28,501 nucleotides of DNA from a virus (Duplodnaviria > Caudoviricetes). The stretch spans positions 1 to 28,501 of IMG/VR virus record IMGVR_UViG_3300005805_000349; one strand, written 5' to 3'. Positions 25,581-28,501 of the stretch are shown here, piece after piece. Position 1 is the stretch's first letter; each line of letters begins with the position of its first letter. The translations under genes were made by a program, and so were the position numbers. Below the pieces are notes generated by a model. It saw only the letters and a program-made list of their open reading frames with translations, had not been told where the DNA came from and searched no databases.

Positions 25581-26165
25581 TTAGCCTACGATTTTTTCGT
25601 AGATTTCTTTCCAATTACGTATTCTAGGAATTTCTGGATGTTCAAAATCCATGTTGTGTCCGTGTTCCATCAGCAGGGCTTTCAATCCGCGATCGTGCCC
25701 AGCCACAGCATTGGTGATCTTGTCTTCGATCCACCAATAGCCTTTGTCACGATATTTTTCTAGAACTTCGTCTTTGTCCGCACCTGTGTCTAAGATAATA
25801 AACTTTGTGAATGCAGTCTTACCAAACAGTTTACAGAGATTCATTTTACGTAATTCTTGTGCGTTTTCATCTGCACTCATCGATGTGATACAATGGAACA
25901 CATACCCATGTTCTTCGTGCAGTCGTTTCACATAGAACATGGCATCACGCAGGGGTGGTAGGAAACCCATGTGTGCTGATTCGTTGAACATCTTTATGAG
26001 TTTTTTGGCCTGATCCTTTTCGATCCCGTAGCGTTTGCCGATGTCATATTTAAATTGATGATCTTCCTGCTTTTGGAAACCGTGCTGTTCCATCCAAACT
26101 GAGAAAGCGTATTCCCAATCCAGTAGAACTCCGTCTGCGTCTGTGAGTATGATTTTGTTTTTCAT
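25581..26165 (-). CDS. HAD-superfamily phosphatase (5'-nucleotidase-like, T4 30.2-like)
   Basis: motif I DADGVL, II ITS, III K, IV IED. Confidence 0.85.
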   Translation of the reverse strand: MKNKIILTDADGVLLDWEYAFSVWMEQHGFQKQEDHQFKYDIGKRYGIEKDQAKKLIKMFNESAHMGFLPPLRDAMFYVKRLHEEHGYVFHCITSMSADENAQELRKMNLCKLFGKTAFTKFIILDTGADKDEVLEKYRDKGYWWIEDKITNAVAGHDRGLKALLMEHGHNMDFEHPEIPRIRNWKEIYEKIVG

Positions 26166-26170
26166 AGCAT

Positions 26171-26199
26171 ATTATACTATTATTTTGGCATTGTGTCAA
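26171..26199 (-). promoter_or_regulatory. consensus sigma70 promoter, leaderless
   Basis: TTGACA-N17-TATAAT; ATG 5 nt downstream; no SD. Confidence 0.85.
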
Positions 26200-26214
26200 C
26201 CAGATAAGTAAACA

Positions 26215-26916
26215 ATGAACATACTAATCTACACCCTAGTAATGGTACAAATTACTATAGCTTGTGTAACACTTTATCTACATCGCGGTCAAACACATCG
26301 AGCAGTCCAATTTCACCCGTTTGTTAATCACTGCATGCGTTTTTGGCTCTGGCTGACCACAGGCATGGTTACCAAACAATGGGTAGCAATACATCGTAAA
26401 CATCATCAACGTTCAGACCAAGAAGGCGATCCACACAGCCCACAGATCTACGGCATATGGCGTGTGTTATTTGGCGGAGCATTTCTATACCATTCTGCCA
26501 GCAAAGACACAGCCATGGTAGACTCGCTGAGCAAGGACTGCCCTAATGATTGGATTGAACGCAACCTTTACTCCGCACACAGTCGCTCAGGTATTCTTTT
26601 AATGCTGGTCATAGACCTTTTGCTGTTTGGACCGTGGGGACTGGTAGTGTGGGGTATTCAAATGATTTGGATTCCGTTCTGGGCTGCGGGTGTGGTCAAT
26701 GGTGTCAGTCATTGGTGGGGATATCGCAATACAGATACCAAAGATACCAGCCGCAATTTAATTCCGTGGGCTATCTGGATCGGCGGTGAAGAACTACACA
26801 ACAATCATCATGCTGACGGTGCTTCAGCTAAGTTCAGTCAACGTTGGTGGGAGTTTGATATAGGTTGGATGTACATCAGCATACTTAGGTTTTTCAAACT
26901 GGCTACAGTTAGATAA
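26215..26916 (+). CDS. membrane fatty-acid (acyl-CoA delta-9 type) desaturase
   Basis: His boxes HRGQTH, HRKHH and HNNHH; GDPHSP; hydrophobic segments. Confidence 0.93.
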   Translation: MNILIYTLVMVQITIACVTLYLHRGQTHRAVQFHPFVNHCMRFWLWLTTGMVTKQWVAIHRKHHQRSDQEGDPHSPQIYGIWRVLFGGAFLYHSASKDTAMVDSLSKDCPNDWIERNLYSAHSRSGILLMLVIDLLLFGPWGLVVWGIQMIWIPFWAAGVVNGVSHWWGYRNTDTKDTSRNLIPWAIWIGGEELHNNHHADGASAKFSQRWWEFDIGWMYISILRFFKLATVR

Positions 26917-26947
26917 AGAAAAAGCAGCCCGGAGGCTGCTTTTCTTT
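26915..26947. terminator. bidirectional intrinsic terminator
   Basis: AAAAGCAGCC-CGGA-GGCTGCTTTT with A and T tails. Confidence 0.88.
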
Positions 26948-26979
26948 TACCACTAATTGTATTGCTCTACGAGCGTAAC

Positions 26980-27252
26980 TTATTTCTTCACGCCAGCGTT
27001 AACAAAGGCGTACATCTTTTCAGCAGTCTCTAGAACTTTGTCAAGTCCTGGAAACTCTGGCATGCTAACGGTGCTAACGATCTGACCAGTCTTCTCATCA
27101 CGCTTTGCGGTCATTTCCCAACCGGCAAACTTAGATTGAAAATCGTCTTGTACTAGGCTTTTTGCCATGCCCAAGATATCGGCGCGGATTTCGTAGCCGT
27201 TTTTATTGAATTTAACTTCTGGTAGTTTTGGTGCTGTGTAAAGGTCTGACAT
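26980..27252 (-). CDS. hypothetical phage protein (NKNGYEIR...A.KMY.FV)
   Basis: SD AGGAG before ATG 27252. Confidence 0.8.
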   Translation of the reverse strand: MSDLYTAPKLPEVKFNKNGYEIRADILGMAKSLVQDDFQSKFAGWEMTAKRDEKTGQIVSTVSMPEFPGLDKVLETAEKMYAFVNAGVKK

Positions 27253-27341
27253 TTTATATCTCCTGTGTGTAATGTCTGTGTCTAACAACTACTTCTATTT
27301 CGCTGTTAGTTTATTATATATGCCTAACTGTAAAAAAACAA

Positions 27342-27917
27342 CTATTTTGTGATTCTGTTTATCCGTTCACGGATGATATCTATCACGGGCTCAGCCAATA
27401 CCACTTCATAGTGATTGAAGTTGACTTCCACTAGTTCCATGTCTTCATGATGTCGTTGACTGCGTATGCTTACAACTCCATCATTAGGAGCCGCCAAAAA
27501 AGGACTGCGCCCCTGCACCGTAACTATGTTGCACCAAGGATGCTGTATTTTTATCTTAGCTGTTTCACGCATAGCCCAACTGCTGGGTCCTATGTCACGC
27601 ATAAGCCTACTGAATGGCAGGAAATACTGAGCATAGTCTGCTACTTCTGCTCCACCATAAGGTGTGCTTAGTGTAACTGCTCCTAGCACATGTGTGGGTA
27701 AATGATGGCTGAGATGCAGGGCATATATACCACCTAGGCTGTGGGCTATGAAAAAACACTCGTTGACTTTGGCCAAACTCTGCAACATAGTGCTGAGATT
27801 GTGTTCAAATCCGTCACGGCTGTCATAATTTAGGTCTAGGCCAGCGCCTAGCCTGGTTCTGATATGATTGAAACTTTCGCTGGTGGCGTTCGCCCCATGT
27901 ATATAAACCAACTGCAT
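27342..27917 (-). CDS. alpha/beta hydrolase (lipase/esterase-like)
   Basis: IHG oxyanion motif, AHSLGG nucleophile elbow, STPYGG, NDGVV, NH. Confidence 0.9.
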   Translation of the reverse strand: MQLVYIHGANATSESFNHIRTRLGAGLDLNYDSRDGFEHNLSTMLQSLAKVNECFFIAHSLGGIYALHLSHHLPTHVLGAVTLSTPYGGAEVADYAQYFLPFSRLMRDIGPSSWAMRETAKIKIQHPWCNIVTVQGRSPFLAAPNDGVVSIRSQRHHEDMELVEVNFNHYEVVLAEPVIDIIRERINRITK

Positions 27918-27936
27918 GGTTTATTTACACCGTAAA

Positions 27937-28056
27937 TTATTCAGACATCACACGTTTGGCTGCTTCGTATTGTCCAATGCGAGCCAAGTGACTTGCGGCA
28001 CGGGCCCTGCCAAATGAGTCGAATATTGACCAGATGTGGTTGATTATGTTTTTCAT
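27937..28056 (-). CDS. 39-aa small protein (not in ORF track)
   Basis: MKNIINHIWSIFDSFGRARAASHLARIGQYEAAKRVMSE*; SD AAGGA; ATGA coupling. Confidence 0.65.
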   Translation of the reverse strand: MKNIINHIWSIFDSFGRARAASHLARIGQYEAAKRVMSE

Positions 28057-28229
28057 ACGTGATTTTCCTTGTGGGAGTTAAATTGTTGGATGTAGTTTTC
28101 CAACTGTGCGGCATCGGTAATGCCTTTGGTGCTGAGATATTGTTCTAAGCGAGTTTGATAGCTAGATCCTGGGAACATTTCTGATAGCCGTTCCATCAAG
28201 GCCAGCATCTTGTTTGATATGTATTTCAT
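28053..28229 (-). CDS. 58-aa small protein (not in ORF track)
   Basis: SD GAGGA; TAAATA upstream; MKYISNKMLALMERL...LEQYL...D..QLE. Confidence 0.65.
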   Translation of the reverse strand: MKYISNKMLALMERLSEMFPGSSYQTRLEQYLSTKGITDAAQLENYIQQFNSHKENHV

Positions 28230-28375
28230 TGTTTTTCCTCTGTAAGTGTGTGCAGGTTCTTATGGTTTCTACTGAGTTATTTAGCCCAGCAATGTGCAGC
28301 CGCACAATTTATGCTGTATAATATCATTTTAACAATCTTGAGTTTAGGTTAAATATATTATCAACGGAACCACTC

Positions 28376-28501
28376 ATGAAACTTAGAACTCGTTCAATAC
28401 TACAAGAGCTGAATGAAATAGCCGAAGTACGCAACAAGGATGCGCTGTTTGAAAGCAGAGCCACTAATATCATCAATTCAGCCATAAATCTACTGGAAAG
28501 C
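28376..28501 (+). CDS. hypothetical protein, truncated by the window end
   Basis: MKLRTRSILQELNE...; TAAATA at 28350-28355; open to the edge. Confidence 0.7.
   Translation, partial: MKLRTRSILQELNEIAEVRNKDALFESRATNIINSAINLLES

Overview
The window is a segment of a large, T4-like/jumbo tailed dsDNA phage genome; the host is probably proteobacterial (inference). It is densely coded. It carries two tRNAs (Arg-UCU and Ile2/Met-CAU), an ATP-dependent DNA ligase, an AAA+ ATPase, and GIY-YIG, HNH and thermonuclease nucleases. Host-like accessory genes include clpP, hemA (ALA synthase), a PBP7-like peptidase, YqgE/AlgH, a TraR/DksA zinc finger, a GcrA-like protein, a PlcP/LpxH-like phosphoesterase, a GT2 glycosyltransferase, TerC and a fatty-acid desaturase. 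Two promoter classes are visible: sigma70 TTGACA-N17-TAnnnT and T4-late-like TAAATA, and both often have an ATG at the predicted start of transcription. The most notable observations are: (1) a ubiquitin-like domain fused to a LamG lectin domain; (2) a yybP-ykoY Mn riboswitch ahead of TerC within a candidate lipid-remodelling island; (3) an unannotated two-gene unit of tiny Arg/Lys-rich peptides; (4) an unannotated 10-Cys metallothionein-like ORF; (5) a compact candidate pseudoknotted ncRNA; (6) an AT-rich cassette of a ParB/DGQHR-like protein plus two nucleases. All family assignments come from motif recognition by eye; no searches were run.
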